Origin: Octopus sinensis
Lineage: Eukaryota
Assembly: GCF_006345805.1 (NCBI RefSeq)
Contig: NC_043006.1
Location: 88,846,001 to 88,910,000, forward strand
Direction: 5' to 3'
Length of the DNA stretch: 64,000 nucleotides
Shown: positions 41,387 to 53,141 of the stretch, in pieces
Numbering within the stretch: position 1 is the first letter of the stretch
How the letters are laid out: each line of letters begins with the position of its first letter
Program-made: the position numbers and the translations under genes
The notes under the pieces: model-generated
Database searches by the model: none
What the model saw: the letters and a program-made list of their open reading frames with translations, nothing else
Told to the model about the DNA's origin: nothing

Positions 41387-41499
<113 letters not shown>

Positions 41500-41605
41500 C
41501 CGAATATATATATATAGTTGAAATTTATAGAAAAACAAAAGACGAAGACAGGTGTATGAACAACAAACAGGTGTATTAGTTTGACGCTCGGCAAAGTGAG
41601 AAAGT

Positions 41606-41641
41606 CTTTTACGTTTCGAGCCTACGCTCTTCAACAGAAAG
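41606..41641 (-). ncRNA. Minimal hammerhead-like motif (family F2), core lesion CUGUUGA
   Basis: CTTT-CTGTTGA-A-GAGC(GTAG)GCTC-GAAAC-GTA/AAAG. Confidence 0.6.
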
Positions 41642-42269
41642 GAATAAGAGAAAATAAACAGAGAGAGAGAATTGAAAAAATCTTATCGATTTAGCGGTCA
41701 AGCATGGCGACCGATTGGAAAGAAAAGAGAAGTAGAAAGAAGGAGAGATAATAAAGTATTGGTGATCCCAAAACGAAGGTACGCGTGTGTGTCTGTACAT
41801 ATGTGAGAAAGTGTGTGTGTGGATAGGGGCTAATGACTTTGACATGTGTGGATGTGCGTGTGTAACTGTGTGTCTGTAATGTGTGGGTATGTGGATGAAG
41901 GTCTGGGGGTGTGCAGAAGATGGTGTGTGCTGTGGGTGCTGGGAAGTGGTCAGTGCTAATGTGTGTGGAGTGGTGTGGGGTGGTGTGATGTCGTGTGGTG
42001 GTGTGGGTGTATAGGTTGGTGTGGTATGGGGTGATGTGCGTAGGAGTGGTGTTGGGTGTGGGTGGATCTGTGGGTGTGGGGAGTGGAGCAGGAGTGAAGA
42101 CAGGAGGTAGGTGTCAAATGAAGAGAAGAGAGGAGGGGAGTCAGATGAAGAGAGGAAGGGAGTTGAGCCCATGTGACGCAAAGGAGCGAAGAGAGAAGAT
42201 TAATTCCTGTTCACAGTGAAGGCGGGATTATGGATGGCCCCTGTGTAAAGACAATCCGAACACAGACTG

Positions 42270-42495
42270 GTGGTCAAAAGTCACTCGACAGTGAATCAAA
42301 ATTCCATAAATACGATCTGTAATTCTGTACTGACTCGAATGGAAAAGTGTTTCGCTCAAGGACTTCAGTTTGAGCAATTTTCACCGTGTTTCATATTTAG
42401 ATGCTTTATTAAATTCAGTCAGTTGTTAAACATAAATAAATCTTGGAATTATGTGGTTTTGATTTACTGTCAGGTGACTTTTGGCCAACTCTGTA
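42270..42495 (+). mobile_element. Tc1/mariner right-end fragment
   Basis: Terminal GGTGACTTTTTGGCCAACTCTG|TA; upstream reading resembles a transposase C-terminus (LTRMEKCFAQG..FEQ). Confidence 0.55.
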
Positions 42496-42536
42496 TGTGT
42501 ATGTGTGTGTGTGTCTTTTATGGGGATGTTACTAAC

Positions 42537-43590
42537 CTTTTTTGAGAAGATTTTTCTAGTGTGTGGGCGCTTTCGTTTAACCCTTGCAAACACACGTGCT
42601 CTTAAAGAGGAAGTTGTTATTTTTATGGTAGCAGTAGTATTAATTATATCCGGTTTATTTTCGGAGTTATGGTTTTAGTCATAAATATTCTTTTACCATT
42701 GTTTATTATATTGAGTGTTGGCTATTCCCGGTTTAATTTCGGATTTAGAATTCTTATAAAGTATTCTTTTTTTGCCTTTCATAGCTGTACATTTTCATCG
42801 TTTATTTTGTAAAATGGGAATATTTTAAATTTGTCATTTGCGCAGATATCTAGATGTTCACTGTATTGAACATTCCTAAGAGATGAATCCTTAATCTGTT
42901 GTTTATGCACATTTACATGTCTGGTCTCTCCAATGTAGTTTTCATTGCATTGTGGTCATATGATGCAATAGATGAGGTTTTTTGTTTTGCAATTCATGTT
43001 TGCATTCATTCCCATTCTTAGGCCTTTTGGTTGTCCCTTGTTCAATTAAATCGTATGTCCCACAACGGGGGTCTCCACAGTTGGTTTCTTGCATCGTTTC
43101 TTTTTTCAAATGTGAATCTCGCCTTTGTTAGGAGACTCTTGAGATTAGGTGTCTGTCTTCGACTGTTAATAATTTGTGATATCTTAATTATTCTTTCGAG
43201 ATTTGGGGATTGATGTAGAATTGGGAGGTATCGTTTGGCTGAGTGCATGATATTGTAGTTTCTAGGATTGTGGGTGACTACAAATGGAATATTTGTATTT
43301 TTATTTTCACCTCTAGCCTGAGTGTTTCTCCACTGGGTAGAGATCAGGATTTCTTTTGTTTTTGTTATGGAATGCTGAATTAATTTGTTGGGATATTTTT
43401 GTTTCTGAAGGAATATATTAATTTCCTAAAACCATAAGTCCGAAAATAAACCAGAAATAGTTAATACTACCAGAACCACAAAACTAACAACTTCTTCTTT
43501 AAGAGCACGTGTGTATGAAAAGGTTAAACGAAAGCGCTCTCACATTAGAAAAAACTTCTTCCCAAAAATGGCTAGTAATATCTTCATAAA
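42537..43590 (-). mobile_element. Decayed PLE of the CCHH-finger (Penelope/Neptune) type, 3' part with inverted pLTR
   Basis: SRRQTPNLKSLLTKARF, CGDPRCGT, KNLIYCII*PQCNENYIGET (GIY-YIG); 42537-42680 inverted at 43426-43570. Confidence 0.8.
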
Positions 43591-43740
43591 AGATTTTATA
43601 ACATTTTAAAAATTATTTTTTTAATCACCTTTATACTTCAAAAACTGTAGTAATTCTCATAGACTTTCAAAATATATTTGTGTCTGTGTGTCCGTGTGTA
43701 TTGTGTGAGCATGTATGTGTGTGTGTATGTATGTATGTAT

Positions 43741-43794
<54 letters not shown>

Positions 43795-44061
43795 ATATAT
43801 ATCGAATTTGTGTAAATGTGTATAGAATAATATATCAGTTAAATAAAGTTACAACATGGTCTGGTTTTCTCATATTTTATGATTGTATTTTTTTAAATTT
43901 ACAATGTTGTAGTGTGTTAAACATTTTTAGTAATATTCATAAAGTTCGATTAGCGCTTTCATACGTTCGTAGTAATCATCAGATTTCAAAATGTATTGGT
44001 TGACAGTTGAGTTGAGTTCTTGACAAACATACGTACATATATACATATATACATATATATA

Positions 44062-44473
44062 TATATATACATATCTAATGTAGGATAAAATTTTTCGAAA
44101 AATATTCCATCAACGGCCAGCATATTAAAAATACCTTTAAAGGTTAAATTTATAAACAATTTATAAGTAAGGGCAAATAAAAAATTTCTAATGCCAAAAT
44201 ATGCCGAAAATAGACACAACGTCAATAACCATGTAATTTATCACTACAAACACGCGTTTCGAAGAAAGCCGACAGAAATTTCTAAAAAATCCCGTTATTG
44301 CCATATCGGACCCGATTTCAGAGTTAGTTCATAAGAACCTTTTTTTAGAACTTTCTGTCGGCTTTCTTTGAAACGCGTGCTTGTAGTGATAAATTGCATG
44401 GTTATTGACGTTGTGTCTATTTTCGGCATATTTTGGTATTAGAAATTTTTTCTTTTGCCCTTACTTATAAATT
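44062..44473. mobile_element. Fold-back pLTR-like element (family F4)
   Basis: 44140-44290 inverted at 44340-44473; homologous to 63547-63823; 3' half of an HHR (GAAAC-GCGT-GTT) in each arm; TA flanks. Confidence 0.75.
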
Positions 44474-44595
44474 ATATATATATATATATATACATTTATC
44501 AAGATACACACCATATATATACATACACACACACACACATATATATATGTATGTATACTTATATATATATATGTGTATGTATGTAGATAGATATA

Positions 44596-44627
<32 letters not shown>

Positions 44628-44657
44628 CTACATACATACTATATATATATAAGTATA

Positions 44658-45458
44658 CATGTCTGTAATTATTTTTACTGTTTACCTATATAATCGGCGG
44701 CTACGTATCCACAATTGTCCTTATACGATAAGTATATTTTTTCTCTAGCATTGATACGACTCTTAATCTGTCTCTTTCTCTCTCTCTCTCTCCTCCCTTA
44801 TTCCCCTTCCTTTCTCCCCCCCCCCCATCCGTCTTCCCCCCCCCCTTTCTACGTTTCTCTATCTCTCTCACCTCCAGCCCCCTCGATCTGTCTCTTTCTT
44901 CTCCTCCCTCGTCCACCTTCTCTCTCTTTTCATCTGTCCCTTTCTCCTGTCTTTTGTTCTCACGTGACCGCTAGCCGCTGTTGAGCGCTCTTTTCGTTCC
45001 AGCAGCCGCCGAAGCAACACGTATTTGTTCGTCTCCCTGCGGCCATTAGGCACAACTTCACAAGCCAGCCCCATACTCAACTCGTCCTGTCGAAAGACCC
45101 TGTCCTACGTCCTGGTTTCGTTTTGTTTTTTATTTTTACCGTTATTGTTTTTACGTTTTTGTATTCTTAATGGTGTCACGTATTCTGTATTTTTGTTCGT
45201 GTACTTCGTTCGTTTTCCGTCCTCGTGTTGTATACATACGAAGCTTTCTTCCAGGGGATCTAATGCGCTTGGCTTAGATTTCCCTTGGCGGGCTGCCCAT
45301 ATCGGAGCAATCTCAAGATTAATCAGCCGAAATTGCTAAGATGATCTGGTTCTTGACTGATGACTGAGGGCTTCGAATGTCCCGTCCTGTGGTTCTTGTG
45401 TCGTCTCTGTGGTGTTTCATGTTCTTGTCCATGTCTGTAATTATTTTTACTGTTTACC

Positions 45459-45462
<4 letters not shown>
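44658..45462 (+). mobile_element. Family F3 non-coding element, ~772-bp period with 33-bp terminal direct repeat
   Basis: catgtctgtaattatttttactgtttacctata at 44658 and 45430; TA flanks. Confidence 0.7.
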
Positions 45463-45509
<47 letters not shown>

Positions 45510-45537
45510 GTAGATATATATATATGAATGTATGTAG

Positions 45538-45570
<33 letters not shown>

Positions 45571-45801
45571 ATAATATATATATATTATGTGAAATAGAAA
45601 GATGAATAATCTTGTAGTAGATTAATCAAAAGTTTAACCGATACCTTAGTAGCAAAAATCACAGCAGTAAACAGCACGGTTGGAGGTACAACCATCTGGC
45701 GTTGCAACCGTGCGTTGGTGCGGATAATTGAAATTAAAACATTATTGGTGAATTGAAGAAATGGAGCTGAACGCAGATTGAACAGAAATCGTTTTATTTC
45801 A

Positions 45802-45881
45802 TTCTACACGTGTTTCGAAAGGCACAAATTACCAAAATCCGATTGAATAATGGGACCATATTGTGTCTTTCTCTTCAGGAA
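45802..45881 (-). ncRNA. pLTR hammerhead ribozyme
   Basis: Reverse complement identical to 49281-49360. Confidence 0.75.
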
Positions 45882-46506
45882 GAAAAAAGGAAATCCGTTG
45901 GAAAAACAAAAACAGAACAGAGGCGGAGCAAAAAACAAATCGAACTGTGCTCCTAAGAGCCCATGGCGAAACTGTTTATCATTGTATGTTGAGAACCGGT
46001 GGCTGAAGAATTCAACGGGTCAGGCATCGGTCAATCATGTGGGTGAGGGTGTATAGATGTTCTTTGTGACCGAGAATAAAGTTCTGACTATTTAAGGAAT
46101 ATTGGATGTTTTATGAGGGGCGAGAAAAAATCTACTTAGAGACGTGTGTGTGTGTATACTGTTCTATATATGTGTGTGTTGGCGTAGGGGTAGAAAACAT
46201 TTTTTGTGTACGTGTGTGCGTTTGATCGTTCGGCTGTCAGTGGCTACTGCCGTGATAACCGTTGGGTGGCAGAAAGAAAAAAATTTAAAAAAAAAAAAAA
46301 TATATATATATATATATTATGTTTTATGTGTGTGTGTGTTCATCTAAGCCAGCCTTGTCAAGGAAACCCCCCGCTGTGAAAAAACCAAGCCCCGTTTGTC
46401 TTACAGGAATAATTCCCCTTGCAGTGGTTAATCGTAGATATCTTAAAGGCTATTTCAGAATTTGTTACCAAGGGCTATGGGTGCCGGTATTATTTATAAA
46501 CGCTAT

Positions 46507-48210
46507 TTAAAGGCCAGATAAGTGTAACTGTAAGAGCCCGTTTACCATCCGGCCTCTGGCAAACAAAATATGGAAGAGTTCGGAGACACAAAGGTTGCAC
46601 TGTCTTCTGCCCCTATCAAATGGGAGGGCCACCGACAAAATTGACCATTCCAGCCTATAGCTTAAGTTCGCATCCTTCAGTCGCCATATTAGCTTACTGC
46701 GTCCCGTGGTCTGGCGCTTGTTCACGTCCCGAAAAGTTGCGTAATGGTTGGAGACACGCAAAGACAATCTTGAGGATGATGCCCCTACATAAGTGAAGGC
46801 ATCTGAGTCCGTGTAAACCTTGCATTGGTAGACGGCGTTTTTGATCTTGGAGTTCGCCGACGTGAATCTTAATCTGCTAGGATTAGTTTCTGAAATTAGA
46901 ACTGCGTTCCTGTCACTATATTCGTTCCGAGACCTGCAGCCGCTTACTACTCTATTTTCCACTATGTCACTATTAACTATAGGAATAACCCCTGATTCTC
47001 CACTATCTATCAGAGTGCTGTCATTGCTACTGCCCGTGGTACTGCTATTGCGGGAAATGATGCTGGGGATGCTAATGGGGCTCTCTACCCTACTCCCATT
47101 GTTACCGTCAACCACAACACCCCTATTTATAACTATACCCCTAGTGGGTACTCCCTGGCTGGAGCTGAGATTATGTGTCACTGTACTGGCTCTCATATCA
47201 TTATTACTATTATAATTATTCCTACTGAGCATTAAACCGGGAGCGGAAGAGGCTGTGCCTCCGGAAAAAGGTGATAGGGTCTTAGTAAGTAGCCTATTAT
47301 TATGGAGGCGATTATCTGGGCGAGGTTTTTAGTGTTGGAGAAAGCTATCCTAACTTTATGTGAGTTAACCGTGGAGTAATATTTGGAATTTCTGGGGAAG
47401 TTATTGGCGATGGCTTGTCTAAACATGAGGGGGAGGTTAGTTCTAATCTGCTTACCAAAGGGGATTACAAACCATATATGCTTATTCCTATCAGTGTGAT
47501 GGGTCGGGACGCCAGCTCTCGCATTCGGGTGGGTGATTCTCGGATGAATAACGGGTCTTGGGTTAGTGTAAGACCTCCCGGACCGATAATTATCCTTGTT
47601 CGCTAAATTAAATGCGGGAGCGACTACCCCGGCATCCGCCGCGCTCCCGTCCTTACTTAAAATGTTAATGTTATTATATACGGCCCTATCCTGATGACCG
47701 AATGATGGCATCGGAAGGGCCGGATCAATATAAATTACCTTCTGCCTATAACCGGCTTGGATAGTGCGGCGTTATAAAATTCCGCTTTCTGCATAAAAAT
47801 ATCGGCACTGGCGGACAAGCCAGACAATCTTAGAGAGATGTTTTTAACCAAATTGTCTGTTACGGTTTTGGCATGATTTGAGAAGACACTGACATACTTC
47901 AAATTAGTGGAAGGCTTATGGTAAGGGCAGTATGAGTCGCTATTAAGGTTAAGTGTAACGTCTAGGAAATTAGCCTTGGTGAGTTCATTATCAAAAACTA
48001 TACTCATGCCCATTCTATTAAAAAACCTAGCTAACCTGCTCTTAGTTTTCTGCACTATTCTGTTCGTGGTGTTTTGCAGGTAAAACAGACAATCGTCACG
48101 ATACAGGCCGCCCGCGATCTCCGGGAATTGGTCGGACAATTCGTAGAGAATATATATTCCGACCAAATCGGCTATCTGCGCACTATCCGAACTACCCATA
48201 GGCACATCAA
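46507..48210 (-). pseudogene. 5'-truncated Naiad ORF (RT C-half, thumb, linker, GIY-YIG)
   Basis: PMGSSDSAQIADLVG, GLYRDDCL, AVYQC..YVGAS; private 1-nt deletions and a ~28-nt deletion near the stop. Confidence 0.9.
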
Positions 48211-48843
48211 ATATAGTGACAGGAACGCAGTTCTAATTTCAGAAACTAATCCTAGCAGATTAAGATTCACGTCGGCGAACTCCAAGATCAAAAACGCCGT
48301 CTACCAATGCAAGGTTTACACGGACTCAGATGCCTTCACTTATGTAGGGGCATCATCCTCAAGATTGTCTTTGCGTGTCTCCAACCATTACGCAACTTTT
48401 CGGGACGTGAACAAGCGCCAGACCACGGGACTCAGTAAGCTAATATGGCGACTGAAGGATGCGAACTTAAGCTATAGGCTGGAATGGTCAATTTTGTCGG
48501 TGGCCCTCCCATTTGATAGGGGCAGAAGACAGTGCAACCTTTGTGTCTCCGAACTCTTCCATATTTTGTTTGCCAGAGGCCGGATGGTAAACGGGCTCTT
48601 ACAGTCGGCTTTTCGATGCCCCCATTGGCGGCGTTACACTTATCTGGCCTTTAAATAGCGTTTATAAATAATACCGGCACCCATAGCCCTTGGTAACAAA
48701 TTCTGAAATAGCCTTTAAGATATCTACGATTAACCACTGCAAGGGGAATTACTCCTGTAAGACAAACGGGGCTTGGTTTTTTCACAGCGGGGGGTTTCCT
48801 TGACAAGGCTGGCTTAGATGAACACACACACACATAAAACATA

Positions 48844-48879
<36 letters not shown>

Positions 48880-49280
48880 TTTTTTTCTTTCTGCCACCCA
48901 ACGTTATCACGGCAGTAGCCACTGACAGCCGAACGATCAAACGCACACACGTACACAAAAAATGTTTTCTACCCCTACGCCAACACACACATATATAGAA
49001 CAGTATACACACACACACGTCTCTAAGTAGATTTTTTCTCGCCCCTCATAAAACATCCAATATTCCTTAAATAGTCAGAACTTTATTCTCGGTCACAAAG
49101 AACATCTATACACCCTCACCCACATGATTGACCGATGCCTGACCCGTTGAATTCTTCAGCCACCGGTTCTCAAAATACAATGATAAACAGTTTCGCCATG
49201 GGCTCTTAGGAGCACAGTTCGATTTGTTTTTTGCTCCGCCTCTGTACTGTTTTTGTTTTTCCAACGGATTTCCTTTTTTC

Positions 49281-49360
49281 TTCCTGAAGAGAAAGACACA
49301 ATATGGTCCCATTATTCAATCGGATTTTGGTAATTTGTGCCTTTCGAAACACGTGTAGAA
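49281..49360 (+). ncRNA. pLTR hammerhead ribozyme with extended stem II
   Basis: TTC-CTGAAGA-GAAAGACACAA...TTTGTGCCTTTC-GAAAC-ACGT-GTA/GAA; predicted cut after 49357; palindromic ACACGTGT. Confidence 0.75.
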
Positions 49361-49614
49361 TGAAATAAAACGATTTCTGTTCAATCTGCGTTCAGCTCCA
49401 TTTCTTCAATTCACCAATAATGTTTTAATTTTAATTATCCGCACCAACGCACGGTTGCAACGCCAGATGGTTGTACCTCCAACCGTGCTGTTTACTGCTG
49501 TGATTTTTGCTACTAAGGTATCGGTTAAACTTTTGATTAATCTACTACAAGATTATTCATCTTTCTATTTCACATAATACATACCGCTTCGTCAAGAAAC
49601 TGCTACTTTAACCG

Positions 49615-52305
49615 ATGCCAATAATGGAGTTGTTCGAGATTGATGCGTCCCTTAAGGATATTCCTATACCACCAAAGGATGCCTTCCTTAAGGAGTTGGT
49701 TTGTAAAACCAACGCATTCATAAACCGGATAGATGGCTCATTTTCTTCCACGAGAACGAAGATCTAAAATCGAACCGGACAACAGCATCGTCCGAATACG
49801 GCCGGCTTTTTAAAACATTGGATACGCCGCCACCGAACCCAAGACTGAAGAAGTTTGAGGACGACTTGTGGGACATAGTTAGAAAGATTAAGTTCAGGAA
49901 GTCACCCAGGAGAAATGCCCACCTCAGATACCTAGATAAAATTACCAAGGACATAATAGAATGGACGGAGTCCTGTCCAGTCCGACAAGACCAGGAACAC
50001 ATACAAGATGCCCATTAAGCAGTACCTAGATTTACTCGGTAAAGAGATCAAGAAAAATTATAGAAAAACCATTGGAGTACCCTGAGGAAGGTAAACTTGG
50101 AAATTAAGGATATAATATTTAAACACCGAATTCAAATGAGAACTCAGCCGCTTAGCCCCAAGCAACCCAGATTTATAGTGAAGGACCATAAACCTAACTT
50201 CCACACCAACCCAGCGCTAAGACTCATATGCCCTGCTAGATCTGATATCGGGATAATCAGTAAGTACATTTTAGATAAATATATCCCTAGTTTAGTAAAC
50301 AAGCTGAAGCTCAGTCTCTGGGCCAACTCCTCGCAGGTAGTGAAGTGGTTCTCTTCCATCCCCAATAAGAACCGTACTAGGTTCATTCAGTTTGATATCG
50401 CCAGCTTCTACCCCTCGATTAACCCTAGTGTGCTAAATAAGGCCCTCTGGCATGCTCACAACAAGGCTGGCCTCACCAGAGAAGAGATAGATATCATTTT
50501 AGTTGCCAGGAAATCGTTTATTAAGTTTGATAATAAGTTGTGGATCCGTAAAGATACTCCCAATGAATTTGATGTGCCTATGGGTAGTTCGGATAGTGCG
50601 CAGATAGCCGATTTGGTCGGAATATATATTCTCTACGAATTGTCCGACCAATTCCCGGAGATCGCGGGCGGCCTGTATCGTGACGATTGTCTGTTTTACC
50701 TGCAAAACACCACGAACAGAATAGTGCAGAAAACTAAGAGCAGGTTAGCTAGGTTTTTTAATAGAATGGGCATGAGTATAGTTTTTGATAATGAACTCAC
50801 CAAGGCTAATTTCCTAGACGTTACACTTAACCTTAATAGCGACTCATACTGCCCTTACCATAAGCCTTCCACTAATTTGAAGTATGTCAGTGTCTTCTCA
50901 AATCATGCCAAAACCGTAACAGACAATTTGGTTAAAAACATCTCTCTAAGATTGTCTGGCTTGTCCGCCAGTGCCGATATTTTTATGCAGAAAGCGGAAT
51001 TTTATAACGCCGCACTATCCAAGGCCGGTTATAGGCAGAAGGTAATTTATATTGATCCGGCCCTTCCGATGCCATCATTCGGTCATCAGGATAGGGCCGT
51101 ATATAATAACATTAACATTTTAAGTAAGGACGGGAGCGCGGCGGATGCCGGGGTAGTCGCTCCCGCATTAATTTAGCGAACAAGGATAATTATCGGTCCG
51201 GGAGGTCTTACACTAACCCAAGACCCGTTATTCATCCGAGAATCACCCACCCAAATGCGAGAGCTGGCGTCCCGACCCATCACACTGATAGGAATAAGCA
51301 TATATGGTTTGTAATCCCCTTTGGTAAGCAGATTAGAACTAACCTCCCCTCATGTTTAGACAAGCCATCGCCAATAACTTCCCCAGAAATTCCAAATATT
51401 ACTCCACGGTTAACTCACATAAAGTTAGGATAGCTTTCTCCAACACTAAAAACCTCGCCCAGATAATCGCCTCCCATAATAATAGGCTACTTACTAAGAC
51501 CCTATCACCTTTTTCCGGAGGCACAGCCTCTTCCGCTCCCGGTTTAATGCTCAGTAGGAATAATTATAGTAGTAATAATGATACGAGAGCCAGTACAGTG
51601 ACACATAATCTAAGCTCCAGCCAGGGAGTACCCACTAGGGGTATAGTTATAAATAGGGGTGTTGTGGTTGACGGTAACAATGGGAGTAGGGTAGAGAGCC
51701 CCATTAGCATCCCCAGCATCATTTCCCGCAATAGCAGTACCACGGGCAGTAGCAATGACAGCACTCTGATAGATAGTGGAGAATCAGGGGTTATTCCTAT
51801 AGTTAATAGTGACGTAGTGGAAAATAGAGTAGTAAGCGGCTGCAGGTCTCGGAACGAATATAGTGACAGGAACGCAATTCTAATTTCAGAAACTAATCCT
51901 AGCAGATTAAGATTCACGTCGGCGAACTCCAAGATCAAAAACGCCGTCTACCAATGCAAGGTTTACACGGACTCAGATGCCTTCACTTATGTAGGGGCAT
52001 CATCCTCAAGATTGTCTTTGCGTGTCTCCAACCATTACGCAACTTTTCGGGACGTGAACAAGCGCCAGACCACGGGACTCAGTAAGCTAATATGGCGACT
52101 GAAGGATGCGAACTTAAGCTATAGGCTGGAATGGTCAATTTTGTCGGTGGCCCTCCCATTTGATAGGGGCAGAAGACAGTGCAACCTTTGTGTCTCCGAA
52201 CTCTTCCATATTTTGTTTGCCAGAGGCCGGATGGTAAACGGGCTCTTACAGTCGGCTTTTCGATGCCCCCATTGGCGGCGTTACACTTATCTGGCCTTTA
52301 AATAG
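49615..52305 (+). CDS. Naiad-type PLE polyprotein (RT + GIY-YIG endonuclease), ~898 aa after repairing six 1-nt deletions
   Basis: SLKDIPIP..FINRIRW; SDKTRNTYKM; KDHKPNF..RLICPARSDIGIISK; QFDIASFYPSI; FDVPMGSSDSA; GLYRDD; FLDVTLNL; IWFVIPF; AVYQC..YVG..R..NH..LSKLIW.LK..CNLC..E. Confidence 0.93.
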
Positions 52306-52490
52306 CGTTTATAAATAATACCGGCACCCATAGCCCTTGGTAACAAATTCTGAAATAGCCTTTAAGATATCTACGATTAACCACTGCAAGGGGAATTACT
52401 CCTGTAAGACAAACGGGGCTTGGTTTTTTCACAGCGGGGGGTTTCCTTGACAAGGCTGGCTTAGATGAACACACACACACATAAAACATA

Positions 52491-52522
<32 letters not shown>

Positions 52523-52926
52523 AATTTTTTTCTTTCTGCCACCCAACGGTTATCACGGCAGTAGCCACTGACAGCCGAACGATCAAACGCACACACGTAC
52601 ACAAAAAATGTTTTCTACCCCTACGCCAACACACACATATATAGAACAGTATACACACACACACGTCTCTAAGTAGATTTTTTCTCGCCCCTCATAAAAC
52701 ATCCAATATTCCTTAAATAGTCAGAACTTTATTCTCGGTCACAAAGAACATCTATACACCCTCACCCACATGATTGACCGATGCCTGACCCGTTGAATTC
52801 TTCAGCCACCGGTTCTCAACATACAATGATAAACAGTTTCGCCATGGGCTCTTAGGAGCACAGTTCGATTTGTTTTTTGCTCCGCCTCTGTTCTGTTTTT
52901 GTTTTTCCAACGGATTTCCTATTTTC

Positions 52927-53006
52927 TTCCTGAAGAGAAAGACACAATATGGTCCCATTATTCAATCGGATTTTGGTAATTTGTGCCTTTCGAAACACGT
53001 GTAGAA
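52927..53006 (+). ncRNA. pLTR hammerhead ribozyme (3' pLTR)
   Basis: Identical to 49281-49360. Confidence 0.75.
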
Positions 53007-53068
53007 TGAAATAAAACGATTTCTGTTCAATCTGCGTTCAGCTCCATTTCTTCAATTCACCAATAATG

Positions 53069-53138
<70 letters not shown>

Positions 53139-53141
<3 letters not shown>

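Larger units (their letters stand above)
45583..53070. mobile_element. Composite young Naiad-type PLE locus: inverted truncated copy (45583-48212, -), partial tandem copy (48210-49579, +), full-length copy (to 53070, +)
   Basis: Copies nearly identical by eye; inversion junction at an AAT microhomology ~48210; both outer ends abut (TA)n. Confidence 0.95.

Noticed and set aside
42545-42600. HHR in the pLTR of the CCHH-type PLE (GAAAG-CG-C(T/C)C)
   Set aside because: Stem III palindrome present but the CUGANGA half is degenerate in both copies
42956-42958. TGA at a conserved Cys of the GIY-YIG CxxC (YCII*PQC): possible selenocysteine
   Set aside because: The copy is decayed (frameshifts, another Cys>Tyr); a single TGY>TGA substitution is simpler unless other copies share it
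45345-45400. F3 motif as a canonical hammerhead
   Set aside because: Has CUGANGA but GAAU instead of GAAA and no stem I/III pairing; kept only as an unexplained motif
51564-51938. 124-aa hydrophobic antisense ORF (also 46841-47215)
   Set aside because: Shadow of the AGT/AAT-rich sense linker; no independent evidence
49615-53070. Selenoprotein/SECIS hypothesis (some Naiads encode Sec)
   Set aside because: No in-frame TGA in the repaired ORF and no convincing SECIS seen by eye in the 3' UTR; not formally scanned
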